Shown piece after piece: positions 51,173-63,776 of a stretch of DNA of 64,000 bases. A program made the translations under genes and the position numbers. The stretch's first letter is position 1. Each line of letters begins with the position of its first letter. A model generated the notes under the pieces. It made no database searches. It saw only the letters and a list, made by a program, of their open reading frames with translations, and had not been told where the DNA came from. The DNA lies in NCBI GenBank assembly GCA_030295235.1, contig AP026136.1, positions 186,001 to 250,000 of the forward strand. Reading direction: 5' to 3'. The stretch is from Fistulifera solaris (Eukaryota).

Positions 51173-54100
51173 ATGACTTCCTCAAGAGTTCGTGTAGCGG
51201 TTCGTGTGCGGCCATTGGGTCATCAAGAGGTCGCGCAAGGAGGGACTCACGTAGTGACGGCGCGACACCCCGAGATTCGTTTGGGGGAACGACGATTTAC
51301 CTTCGATTCAGTGTTTGATACGTCCGTGAGCCAGGCTGCTTTGTTTGATGAAGTTTCCGGACCACTACAAACCAGTTTTTTGGATGGTTACAATGCTACG
51401 GTGAGTTCTCTGAGTTGAGCTTGTGGCAACAAGGTGCCCGATTCTTTCTGTCCTCTCACAATTGAATTTCTTTTGTAGATTATGGCGTACGGGCAGACGG
51501 GTTCAGGAAAAACGTTTACAATGGGCAGTGAAGCTCATTCAGAGCTTGAAATTACGGATAGTACGGGTTTAATTCCGCGTTTCATGAGTGGCGTTTTCGA
51601 AGAACTGGAACAACGCCGCGGCACAATCGCGCTCTCGCAATACAAATTGGAAGCGTCGTTCCTGGAAGTATACGGAGAAGATGTCCATGATCTGTTGCTA
51701 GAATCTCGTCCGTCGTTGCCTCTCCGAGAAGGCGCGAATGGGGGGATCGTTTGTCCGGGGTTGACGATGAGACACGTACAAACGGCCGAACAAGCGCTGG
51801 AAGTTCTTCACGAAGGAACGAAGAACCGAACCACCGCGGCCACACTCATGAATCTCACAAGCAGTCGTTCCCATGCTGTTTTTACTGTGACGCTCACACA
51901 AACAGCTCAGATGCAAAACAGTGACGTTGAAGTTACCACCACGAGTCGATTCACGTTTGTGGACTTGGCCGGAAGTGAACGACTAAAAAGACGGGTGCCG
52001 AAGGCACTCGGGCGAAAGAAGGCATTAAAATCAACGAGGGGCTTCTTGCTTTGGGAAATGTTATCAATGCTTTGGCGGATGATGAGCGATTATTGGAAGG
52101 AAAGAAAATGCACGTTCCCTATCGTCAGTCAAAATTGACTCGGTTGCTGCAAGACGCATTGGGCGGAAACAGCCAGACTCTGTTCCTCGCCTGCATCTCA
52201 CCGTCCGATACAAACGCTAGCGAGAGTTTGTCAACTTTACATTACGCAAATCGAGCCCGTAACATCAAAAATGCTCCGACGAAGAACGTCGATTCGAATG
52301 TCTTGGAAATGCACCGTTTGCAAGCATACAATAATATACTTCAAAGCGAGCTGGTCAAACTTCGTTTTGGCGGCGGCGAGAACGAGAACCCTGAGATATC
52401 TGTGGACGAATTACTGATGAAAAGTGAAGTTAACGATTATCTTTCGCGACTACATCAAATTGCAATGACCTCTAAGGAGGGGTCAATAATAAGTCATCAC
52501 GCTTCAGTGACTCTAACGTCGCCGAAGCCAAGTAAGCTGAGACCCTGCCCGAGTTCCGTGCTCCGCGACATCTCTCCGAACAAGTCAATATTTGAACACT
52601 GCGATGCAGACATGCTGACGGAAGTGAACCCAGACGAGGAAATGTCTATCTTGAACCACCTACTAGAACTTCAGCAAAAGACTCAAGACTTCGATGACTC
52701 AAAGAGGAAGGACGATGAAGCACTGAAAGCTGTTACGGGGGAACTTGCCGAGCAGGAGGCTATGCTACTTCAACTTCGAGATAGTCTCAAAGTCTACCAT
52801 CATATGAAAGACCAATACGAGAAACTGATGGTCGAGGTACAACACCTCGAGACCGAAAAGGCACAGCTTGCTGAGCAACTCGAGAAAGCCAAAAGTGATC
52901 CTAGCGCAGGATGCTCCGTTGCGATTAAATTGAATCTGGAGAAGGTGGAACAAAACTTAGCTAGAGCACGAGATGAGACAAGAAAATATCGACAGATGTG
53001 CAAAAAGGCGGAGCAAGAACAGCAAAAGTGTCTCGTGTTGGAACGTAAGGTCAGCGAACTGAAGTCCAAGAGCGCAGCTCTGGTACGAAAACAGAAAGCG
53101 GCAGCGGCACAGTTTCGTGACTATACTGAATCCAAGCAGCGCGAAATCGCCACCTTGAAGAGAAAAGAAAAAAGCTACTGAAAAGAAGATGAGCAAGCTG
53201 CAATCAGAAATTCAAATTCATCGCAGGAACCTTGATAAACGTCAGGTATTCTGCAACAAACTTTCATCGAAACTCAAGGAGACGGAGACGCATTTGATGA
53301 AGTTGCTGGCTCTCCGTAAAAAAAGAATGTCGTGAAAGATATGCCAAGACAGGCAACCACCGCGCAACCATAGTTTCGAAGGATGCCAATATCCAGCAGG
53401 GCCGTGCTCCTGCTGACGATGAGGTATTGAAGTCGATCAAGATGCTCGTTGACAGAGTTGTATCAGCAGCTGTGAGTAAGGAATGCGCAAAGAAGAAGTA
53501 CCAGAGCAGATTCAATGAATACACACAGACTATGAGGCTTCTTGTAGATCAGGTCAATGCTTTGGAAGGGTTTAAGAGTACTGAAAGTGGGGATTCGGAG
53601 GACGGATTGCAGCAGGAAGCCGAGCAGCAAATTGAAGAACTTGAGCTCAAAATAGAGTTACTAGCGGGAGATTTAGAGCAGCTCAGTTCCGAGCTTCCAG
53701 CCGACGAGGAAGGTGCGAATGACGCTTTGGAGCATGTCAATCAGCTGCTTGGGGATAAAGAGGCGCCTGTTCTTCGTAGCATGTTAGCCGCTTATCTTCA
53801 AGAATTGATACATGCAGAGGTACGAGATGCCAGCTCAAAAACTTAACAAGATTACATTGACTCACCGTTTTTCTTTCAGTTTGAAAACAAACAGCTTTCT
53901 GAATCCATCAAGAGAAAGGAGTCCGTCGTTGAAGGTTTGGAGTCCGAAATTGCACACTTGTCTTCTCGGATTTCCATATTGAATACCAGGGGTGAAGAAC
54001 ACGAAACATCATTGGTTGAAGTAGAAAAGCAAAAATTAGAAATCGCAAACCAGAGCCTAGCAAGCAAAGTTGCGGAATTGGAAGACAGGACAAAAACGTT

Positions 54101-56185
54101 GAAGAAATTGGAAACAGAAGATCGCATTGAGAAGATGAAACTTGCCACAGCGCTAGAAAGGGTCGCTCTACTGGAGGCTGCTCTTAAACAAAAAGATGTT
54201 CCTAATGGTTCAGAAATGGTTCTACGAGCCATGCAAGGCATCTGGGAGAAATTAGGGACGTCAATAGAGGACCGCGAGAAGGTCAAGAAACAGATTGAAA
54301 ATTGTTTGGATGATACATGCAATCGCAAACTTGAGGAGGCGCAAAAGCAGTTGGAATGCTCCTTATCGGTTCTTGAACGCGAAACGGCGAAAATGCAATT
54401 CATGTATTTATCTTTAGCCGAAGACATTCCGATGCTCTCAGAAACGCAACAACCTGTGTACCAGCAACTGGAAGAAGTGCAGACAAAGTCAAAATCGATC
54501 GAGGCTTGGTTCGAAACTGCTTTAAAGCGGAGAGACGAAATTGCTGACCAAGCGCAAAACCTAGTCGCAAGTCTAGAACTTGAATTTGGAGGCCTAAGCA
54601 ATGATTTGCAAGTAGCCATTCTTGAAGCAGGTGCATCTCGTGATCAATTTGATGTCCCGATGCATCTAGAAGACAGCTTTTTGTCAAGTTGTGAAGCTCA
54701 ACTACGTCGCCTTCGAGTCGAAAAGTCCAAAGCGACTGCAAAGTATGCATCCATACAAACCGAAACACAAAAGCTAATCGCGGATATGAATCTTCCGGAA
54801 TCTGCTATTCTTCCCATGGTGCACACTTACCTTGAAAAGCAGTCGCTTGGCCTTCCTTCATGGTGGCGAAACGAGATTGCAGCAGCAGTGACGTTTTCAC
54901 TAGTTTCTGAGACTGGCTTCAGCAGGCACACTTCGGCCTATGTCAAACATCTCAGCAAACTTCACGAAATAGTCACGGCGGTATCTCTTGCGCGCGGTCA
55001 TCTGTCCGCCAAACTGAAAGGTATTGTTCAGAAAGCACAAGAAACGCTCCTTGATACTGTTGATGAAGAAATAGATGCAAAAGAGGCGTACTCTAGTTTT
55101 CATGACGCTCTTTTCCGACTCCCGCCTCTTTCAAGAGAAATGATCAACGCCTGTAGTTCGGAGGTTGATGCGTTGTTGACTGGCGTGCAGTCGATGATTC
55201 AAAGCGAAATCGAGGCTCTAACGGTTGTCTGGGAAGCACTTGACATATCGAGCAGCAAACGAGGGACGTTTTGGGGTGAAATCCAAGAATCGATGAGATC
55301 AATAGAAAACAGTATGTCGAGTGTATTCGACGGCGATGCTTCCTCAAACTGCATATGGGATCTCGAAGACTGGATACTTCCAGCTAAGGAGAAAGCTACA
55401 GTAACTTTTTTGGAACTTGAAAAGCTGCTTTTCAAACTTCAAAAGATTCATAAAGAAGTCGAAAGGCTTTCAGCAAAGCAGGACGTTAAGAGCCGGATAA
55501 TTTCTTTGGATTCTGAGATACGAATCCTAAATGCCAAGCTTGCAGAATTTGAAGAAACGAAGTGCGACAAAGAGAGACTAATAACAAAGAAAGCCACGAG
55601 CTCCACGCTGCTCAAGGAAGAGCGGTATCGAAAGCAAATGCAATCAAAATTTTCGGCGAAATTCGCACAGCTTGCGTCGCTTCTCAAAACGTGGTCAATC
55701 GACGACGACGGCCAATTTGATCCTAGGCTTTTAAGTGAGGAAGTTCGAATTCTTCTTGCAAATTCAAACGAAATTGATTCGCTGGTTGAAAAACGTACCG
55801 AATTTATGCATTTACGTACCATTCAACCAAAGACTACCAACAAGCGAAAAGCGGACGGGGAAGTGCAGCCGAGAAAGATTGCGAGAATTCAAAGTCGCGA
55901 TAATGAAAAACCTTTACCATTGCCATCAAGGCTGGATGCTAAGAACGTGATCCAGAATATGGCGTCTTGTGATGGTAAGAAACTCAGTCCCTTAAGGGCG
56001 AAGAAGACCCAAGCTTCCGGAAAGCTTCAAAAGCGCCACGCGTCCCGCTATCCAACAAATTAGAATCAAGTCAGGTGGCAAAAGGCCTTTCTCCAAAGAA
56101 AAAACTCACCCTCCCTCCGTTTGGACATGTTCTTGAGAAAGCATTTACTCCAAGAGACAAAAATAAAGAAAACGAAATCATTTAA
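51173..56185 (+). CDS. Kinesin-4-like motor fused to a C-terminal PRC1/Ase1/MAP65-like domain (about 1620 aa)
   Basis: Motor: [49 protein letters not shown]. Kinesin-4-type stalk. Introns 51401-51478 and 53820-53879. MAP65-like IWEKLG…VVWEAL…DKERL…LLKEERYR. Frameshifts near 51988, 53170, 53322 and 56040. Confidence 0.88.
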
Positions 56186-56251
56186 CTAGCTGATATTCAT
56201 CAATTAAAATTACATATAATAGTACCATTGCCATAAAATTGCGCATGTCAT

Positions 56252-57801
56252 TTATGTATCATCTAGCCATACCATAACAACGCAAATATTATCCCCTGAT
56301 CCTCTTTTGAAGGCCTCGTACGCAACGCTCTTGGCCATATTCTTCCGGAGCACGAGCTTGTATCTGTCCTTTTCTTGGCTATCCATGACATCATTGTTTC
56401 TCAGCTCATTCTCTATTCGATCATGCACGAACGAAACAACATCTTGACTCGACATAGCATCCCATAACCCATCGGATGCCAAGAGTATAAACTCGTCGCG
56501 GTCGTCGAGAACTGGAAAATGTTTGATCTCTACCTCGCCACTCACAATGGGCTTTGCGTATCGGTCTCCAATAGCCCTTGATAAAGATAAATTTCGAACG
56601 CGATGGACTTTGGCAAACCTATCCCACTCTATGGTTTCACCCATTCGCATTATACGTGCCTTTTCGCGTTCTTCATTCGGCTTGTGGTCGGTTGTCAGGT
56701 CGATAGCCTGACCCGCTCGACTCAATATGGCACGGCTATCCCCAATATTTGCCGACATCACCGTCCGGTATCCCGCTTCATTATCATGTAGGAAAACAGC
56801 AACAGCAGTACTTCCTTGGTAATGGAGTGCATCATCTTGTAAAACATCCTCTTCAATTCGGTTAAACGCATCACGAAGTGCACTAGCAAGACACGCCAGC
56901 GACGGATTCGCTTGATGCTGGGGACAAGTTATGCTCTCTTCATCGTGTAACTCTTTTAAACTTTCTCCAAGCTGTTGATAAAGCCGTCGCTTGAGATACT
57001 GGCTAACACCTCCTCCTCCGTGTCCATCAAAAACGGCAGCGAAGCGACCTCCATCGGCAACGAAGTATTCGTCCTCCATGGTGATTCGTCCACCTTTTAT
57101 AGCTCGAGCAGATATCTGTATTGGAAAACTGGTGTGAGAGCTGAACTTGATCGAACTTGACGAAAAACAAATGTGAGTACACTTACGTCATAAACTCGTC
57201 GCCGATCGTGAAGAATAGGAACGTTGGGTGCATGCGCTTCCCTGTCCAATTCGTCCACAACAATGCCTCGTTTATCTTGCTCATCATGTAGTGAAGCTTC
57301 CACATCGTTACGAGGATCAGCGAGATACAAGGCAGAAGCATTGGTAGCGCTTTCTCCTCCTTGATTTCCACCACTGTTCCTTGGAGGGGGCTGGTCACCA
57401 GAGGATCGGTAACTTTGCGACGGAAAAAGCGACACAAGTGTCGCAGATCCAGCGAAGGCAATGACAGTAGAGAACAGAATCTGGCGGAGGGATATCCAGT
57501 CCTTCTTTTCGCTTCTCTGTGTCGTATTTTCAGAGCTACCTAATGCGGTAGAGAATTCTCGGCATGCGAGCGCGGAATGATACAGAGGAAGAGCTTGTTG
57601 GTTCACGGTCGATACGAGCATCCTAGACGGTCTGGCTGCATTTGATAATGAGGGGGAGTCAGAGAAAAAGCGCGGTAATTGCCCATTGTTTTTTCGATCT
57701 CTGCAGGGTCCGCTGGTATACTGGTATTGATAACAGCAGCGAGATCTGGGTAGCAAGCTCGACGAAGTAGCGCTGTACGCTGAGGATCTCACATAGCTCA
57801 T
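56252..57801 (-). CDS. PP2C/PPM protein phosphatase with mitochondrial-type presequence and TM segment
   Basis: GGRITMEDE, AVFDGHGG, GSTA, ANIGDSRA, DHKP, SRAIGD, LASDGLWD, GSGDNI; intron 57116-57186. Confidence 0.93.
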
Positions 57802-58554
57802 AGTGCGAATGAAAGGGAGAAACTGAACACTATTGAGGCTTTCTCTTGTTTTTGGACTGCTGTAAAGAGGATCAACCTCGAGCAACAACAATGAGATATC
57901 CAGGGGGAAAGAACAACGAAGGATACGAGGCCTTGAGCTGTTGCCCCGGCTACGTTTCTCGAAAGAAATTTCAGCTGTTGACAACTTCGTGTCTTCGAAG
58001 GAACTGTCCAAGAAACTGTACTCACCAATCGTGACTCGGGTGCAAACAGGACAGCAATCGTTTCCGTTCCGGTAGTTTTGTGGCTGTTCTTCGCGAACTT
58101 TCTACCTTGAAGTCCGGCAGCTTTTGGTCGCAACGGTAATGGAAAACGGAGTACATGGTACATGGTATCTTTGATCATTATTGGAAACGACGTTGAAATT
58201 CTGCCTCCAGTACAAGATTCTACGTAGCGTCTACGACGACGCAGAATTTTAACGCCGTTTCTTATCGTTGCGTTTTGCGCGTTGCGCGTTGTGCTACAAA
58301 GTCATAGTACTGCAAACAACCGTTTCAGCTATATCCTAAACAGTGCGACAGATGCCGGATCAATCGCTTTATTTCCTACTTTCTGTTTAGTGCATCAGCT
58401 GTCTCCAACGCATAATTATGGGATTGCCGTCCGCTTTCTGCTTCACCCTTTTCAAGAACGCTTTGGAAAGAGAACCAGAAAAGACGCAATTGGTTTGCAA
58501 CTTTCACCCATCGTGTTTTAGCTTATACTCCCTAATTCAATAACAGTACGAATA

Positions 58555-60042
58555 ATGATACCCAAGATGCTCGATGAAAAGAAAGATGGCGATAAGGCAT
58601 CCTTGGCCGATGATTTGCCCAGCATGATGTCCGAAAAGAATTGTGAGAGGCCAAAGTTTTCTCCATCCAATAAATTTTCTCTCAATGCAACAGGGAAGCG
58701 ACTAAAAGAGCACTTTTCCTCAACGCCAATCGATCCTGAACTAGCGTCGTCGTTTACAGAAAGTAATCGGCTTACCGACGCAGAGAAAGCCTACCTTGGG
58801 TCGCTTTTAAGGAAAGGTGATTTATCTCTGATAGAACGCGCCACGAAGCGACTTAGTGACCCGATCGTTTTTCCACCCGCAGAAGAAGTCGACACAGAAA
58901 CCACATTACCTGCCGCTGCGGATGTTGCTTTTTCATCTGCGACAACGAAACGCCGGAACTCGCAAGTTCAACAAGAGCTTTATCGCTTACATGAAACTAG
59001 CTCGGTTAATCCAAGTCATCTTTTGAAACGAATAAACTATCTTCAGAAGAACTCGATGCTGGAGGACGCGGAAGATAAATCATCTGGGCGAGAATCTGAT
59101 TTGGGAGAGATAGATTTCAGTGATGCTGTTGCCGCTGTAGACGCGTGGAACCCCTTTAAAGATGTGTCTAGTTGGATTGACGGCAGCCAAGGAGTTGAAG
59201 TAGGAGACAATGGAGTCCCAATTCCGAAAGAAGGAGGATCTCAAGCTGCACAGAGACTGTCACATGCTACTGATCCCTTTCGCATTCTAGGCACGACTGC
59301 GGATGACGTCTCATGCCATCCGCATGTTTGTCGCCTCCGCTTATGGAGTCCTTGCTTGCTTTTGTGCCCGAGCCCTTTGCGCATCATAATTTCTGGCTCA
59401 AATATTCACTGGTTAGAGACGGAGCAAATATGTGGACCTTTTGCGTCAGGTTCGTGCGTCCGAAGTATCATTTCTGGCGATTGAGACAGTGGACGGATAC
59501 GTTTTTGGAAGTTTTACTTGTCAAGCTTGGAGATTGTCCCAGGGCTGGTATGGTAAGCAGACTGGTGAGGCAGCATTTTGTGGAAAATGAGACGTTCCAG
59601 GGATATTGATTTTATCGATGTAGCGCGATCGTTCGTGGATCAAGTAAACAAGGAGAGCGAAATTCAAGTCTTTCCTTACCGCGAAGGCAATGCAGCAGTG
59701 CAATACTGCTCTCCAGAGCGGTTGATGCTCGGTCAAGGTGAACTGCTTCCTCGAAATGAACTGAAAGGCAAGCATTATGGCCATGGTTTGTACCTGGAAG
59801 GATCTTTGCTGAAAGGATCCACTAGCAACTGTGAGACGTTTGGAAACCCGTGCCTAATCAATGCCGAGGAGCGAGGAGCTCTATTTGAAGTAGCGAATTT
59901 AGAAGTGTGGACGCTGACTTCGCATTTAGACATCCAAAGCGCAGAGCAATCAGAGCTATTGCAGCTTTTCTTGCTAAATCGTGACAGGGACGAAGGGAAA
60001 AATCTGAACTTTATGAAAATTCTCGTTGGAGGTCCGATTTGA
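58555..60042 (+). CDS. TLDc-domain (OXR1/NCOA7-like) protein
   Basis: LSPPLMESL, FWLKYSLVRDGA, AIETVDG, GLYL, GSTSNCETFGNPCL, FEVANLEVW; several frameshifts between 59325 and 59575. Confidence 0.88.
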
Positions 60043-60284
60043 AATGTTGACTCCAATCATCTCACACTGATTCATTAGGTTCGCTGCTAAGTCTTTTGAG
60101 GGCTCCCAACGAGAGCTTTCTACGGTAAACTGAACCTATTGACCTAAAGTGGCGCACAAAGGCTTCCACTCTTTAAAGCTTTGATTCGAACTAATGAAAA
60201 AAGATTAACAAAAGAAATCATTTTTTTTCAAAGTTAGCATACTTGAACTTTGCTGTGCCCCCCTACCTGAGAAATTAGTGCGGC

Positions 60285-61631
60285 TTACAATCGACGTCTA
60301 CGGCCAACACACGGGCACCAGCCGAAGCGGTTGTGACAAAAACATCACATTCTTTGTCGTACTTCGCTTTGTAAGCTCCCTTCAACGCTTCCGTCAACTC
60401 CTCTACCTTGTCTTTTTTTCACAAGAGTGATGGTGCAGCCACCAAATCCACCTCCTGTGATTCTGCTTCCGTATACTCCTTCAACCTTTTGCGCAGTCTC
60501 CACCAACAGATCAACCTCTTCACAACTCACGTCGAAATCATCCTTCAAACTCGCATGACTGTCATTCATAAGTGCACCGACGCGGTCCCAGAGTCCCATC
60601 TTCAGTGCTGTTTTGCATTCGAGTACTCGTTTATTTTCAGTCACAACGTGTTTCGCGCGCCTGTAAATGATATCGCCCATCTTTTCCCTGGCGTCTTCGC
60701 AATCCTGGAGGTTTGCATCGCGCAAGCTCAGAACGTGGTAAAGAGGAATATTCTGCATGGTAGACACAGCGTCGGCGCACTCGCGTCGCCTCTTTCCGTA
60801 TTCGCCATCCGCAATCTCGTGTGCAACGTTCGAGTTCGCCACAACAATGGCTGGGGTATCCTCGGCTTGCTTGAATGGAATTTGGGTTATTTCGAGCGAC
60901 TGGCAGTCGAGAAGCATGCAGTTGTTTTTCTCGGCAGCGGATGAAACATACTGATCCATGATACCACAGGGTGATAAAGCCCATTCATTCTCCGCTTTCT
61001 GACAACGAATGGCTCGTTCTCGCTTAATGTCTCCGCTCGAAGTGGCGGAAAACGCCATGTCGTGCATGAAGCACTCCAGTAGGGTGGCCGTAGCAGTTTC
61101 GAGAGCCGCCGAACTGGACAATCCGGCACCTATGGGCACGTCACTCGCAAAAGAGATAGCCAGATCCAGCGTGCAGCCTTCATGAGGCAAATCGGGGACG
61201 TATTGAACGATCGTTCCTACCACATAGTTCGTCCACGATTTCGGTGTCGTCTCGTCTGGGGGTGTAAGAGCGTTCACTGCCAACTTTCTTTCTTCAACAA
61301 GATCATCACCATCGTTCTTTTGAGATGAGATCATTCTTAGACGGATTGTAGTAGGACCAGAACCTTTCCCTGTGTGAACAAATCCTGTTCCGTAAGCAAC
61401 GACTTGATAATCAATGGCCATGGGGAGGCAATACCCGTCGTTATAGTCAGTATGCTCTCCTATCAAGTTCACACGTCCAGGAGCACAGACAATAAAGGCT
61501 GGAGGTTTGTGTGTTTCGGCCAGGTATGCCAGTTTGCTCTTGTAGAGGTTCTTGGCTTCGTCAACGAGTTTGGAAACATTAGTGGGAAGCTTTGTATTGG
61601 CCAATTTCGGAGGATGGTGAGTCTCAGACAT
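60285..61631 (-). CDS. galK: Galactokinase
   Basis: APGRVNLIGEHTDYNDG, PIGAGLSSSAA, CGIMDQ, GSRITGGGFGGC; frameshift near 60415. Confidence 0.96.
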
Positions 61632-62488
61632 ACTGGGTATATGAGTGTATCGAGAAGAGAATCTAATTCGCTATGAGTCTAGCCAAGTTATAGATTGACC
61701 AGGTTTTTAAAAGAAGTGATCAAAAGGATTTCCAAGCAAAGTTATGAGAGTCATCGTCATCGATCGCAAAAACGGTGTAATCTTGATGCGCGAGATGTGA
61801 GAGGGAGAGAAAAGATCGTTGTACGTTGCGACTTGGACTACCAAGTACTGGAATCTGGTATGGTATCGAAGACACCATGACCGATGACCCCATTGCACGA
61901 ATAAGGATAGCAGCTTTTAGTACTATACGGTAGATAATAAGGTTAGCTTCCTAGTCTAGTAAACCTGTCCCAGTCCCAGTGCTGCCTATTGTGCCCAATG
62001 CTGTTACTAAGTTCTCCTTCAAAGTATTTGTTTGTGAAAGTCATATCTTTCTTGCTCCGAGATAGCCTTCAAGAGTAGGATCAAAACCTAAATGTGCTTC
62101 AGCATGCATGTTCATTTCATCTCGTCCAAATCCGCAACATAGTCGATGAAGACCAATAGGTGTATGTCGGATTTGTGGAGATTCCTTAGTCAAGAACTAG
62201 AACAAAGTAGACTACAAACATAAGCTTCTTTTTCTCATTCTACTTCCTCTAAGTCCATTCATTACCAAAGAAAATCCAGAAAAAGCCAATCCTTCGCATC
62301 GGCTTATTTCTACCCCGTATGTTTGAAAGAGCAAATCGCATGCAGATTTGCAGCCAATATTTGTCAGCAATGTTGTAAATTTTTACTAGTTTTTCAACCA
62401 AGAGAATTTGTGAAATTATCTATCTTGAACAACGGTATCTTGAACAACGGTAATTGTTCAATGACACGCAAAATCAATGTAACGGTGC

Positions 62489-62899
62489 TCAAGGTGCTTC
62501 AGCATCCTTTCCGGCTTCCTCGGCATCTTTTGCTTTCTTCTGCTCCCAGTAGCTATCCATATCTTCATCAAGCTTTTTGCTGGCGACCTTTTCATCCTTC
62601 ATCATGTAGTCGTCCATTTCCTTATCCAGATCTTCTTTCGTTTTCGGCTTCTCCTTCTGCTGGGGCTTCTTCTTGTCTTTCGGTATTCCTTGATACTTGG
62701 CCTTATTCAACTTTTGCCTTTCCTTACGGGACATTTTGTTTTTGTCGGGAGTTTGTGACGTTTTGAGAAGGCTTCCTTTGGGCTCTTTGGCTTTCGTGCC
62801 CTTCTTGATGACCTTCTTGTCAGCAGCGGCGTTCTGTTTGGCGCCCTGGGGCTTGTTCTTCGCCTTACCCTTTCTAGCTTGTGAATAGCTTCTGGCCAT
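62489..62899 (-). CDS. Small basic protein with Chtop/FoP-type C-terminal duplicated motif
   Basis: KTKEDLDKEMDDYM…LDEDMDSYW after a Lys-rich region. Confidence 0.78.
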   Translation of the reverse strand: MARSYSQARKGKAKNKPQGAKQNAAADKKVIKKGTKAKEPKGSLLKTSQTPDKNKMSRKERQKLNKAKYQGIPKDKKKPQQKEKPKTKEDLDKEMDDYMMKDEKVASKKLDEDMDSYWEQKKAKDAEEAGKDAEAP

Positions 62900-63776
62900 G
62901 ATTTACGTTTGAATCAATTGAATTAATCGGAAGGTCTTGAAATCTTGCAATGATTCGAATAGCTTTGACATCCAACAGCAAATAGGGACGACGCCGGTCG
63001 GTCGTCGTTGTACTCAACGGATCACGAATCAATCATCAATCAATCGCGAAATATCACGAACCATCTGGCGTGCAAGGGAAGTACAGGTTGTCCCATACAA
63101 ACCTAAATGTCTCTGTTTGTTTTGGTGTCGGTCGGCTTGCATCCGGCACTTGATCTTGCACTGTAATCTGACACTAAAACCAAAAACAGGAACCATGCTT
63201 GCGTGACCGGATGACTTTTGTCCTTTTTCTGTCCGATGCCCCATGCATCTGACACCATAGCGAAGACGATCCGGAACAAGATTTCAAGACGACGACAAAA
63301 GCAAGACCATGGTACCGGTACCGGTAATGACCATGACCATGAATCTTTGAAAGATTAATCGGTTAGTATGTGGGCTTTTTGATTGCGCTGTGCTTTATAA
63401 AAGATAGTTATTCCACTTCACAATTAAAGACTTGCGTGGCGGTTGCCGTAAAAAAGCGGGACATGTTGTCCTAGTTCGCGTTTTCGTTTGCAATGCCAGC
63501 CAAATTGACTGACGAGCTTTCTAGACTACGTGAAAATGCAGACGCCCAGTTCTAGAAATGGACGAAAATGATTATTGAGAATCTTTAAGTAAACACAATC
63601 ATGACAAGTACATCGGCGCAATAAGCAACCCTTTCCTCGACGGCAACGGGTCGATCTTCCGCGTACGTTACCTATGAAACAATCATTAAGTCGATACGAA
63701 TGAAGAAAGCCCCCGAAACTATACCACACATTCCCCCCAAGAAGTTGACACATGACGCCGTTCGTGGCGGTTGCGC

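Noticed and set aside
53876..55822. Long antisense ORFs (e.g. 53876-54619; also 143-673, 4505-5104, 29768-30361)
   Set aside because: Shadow frames opposite well-supported genes, with no domain signal.
53937..56063. 708-aa ORF as a stand-alone MAP65 gene
   Set aside because: It begins at TTG, is preceded by a canonical intron joining it in frame to the kinesin stalk, and has no promoter space; RNA data are still needed.
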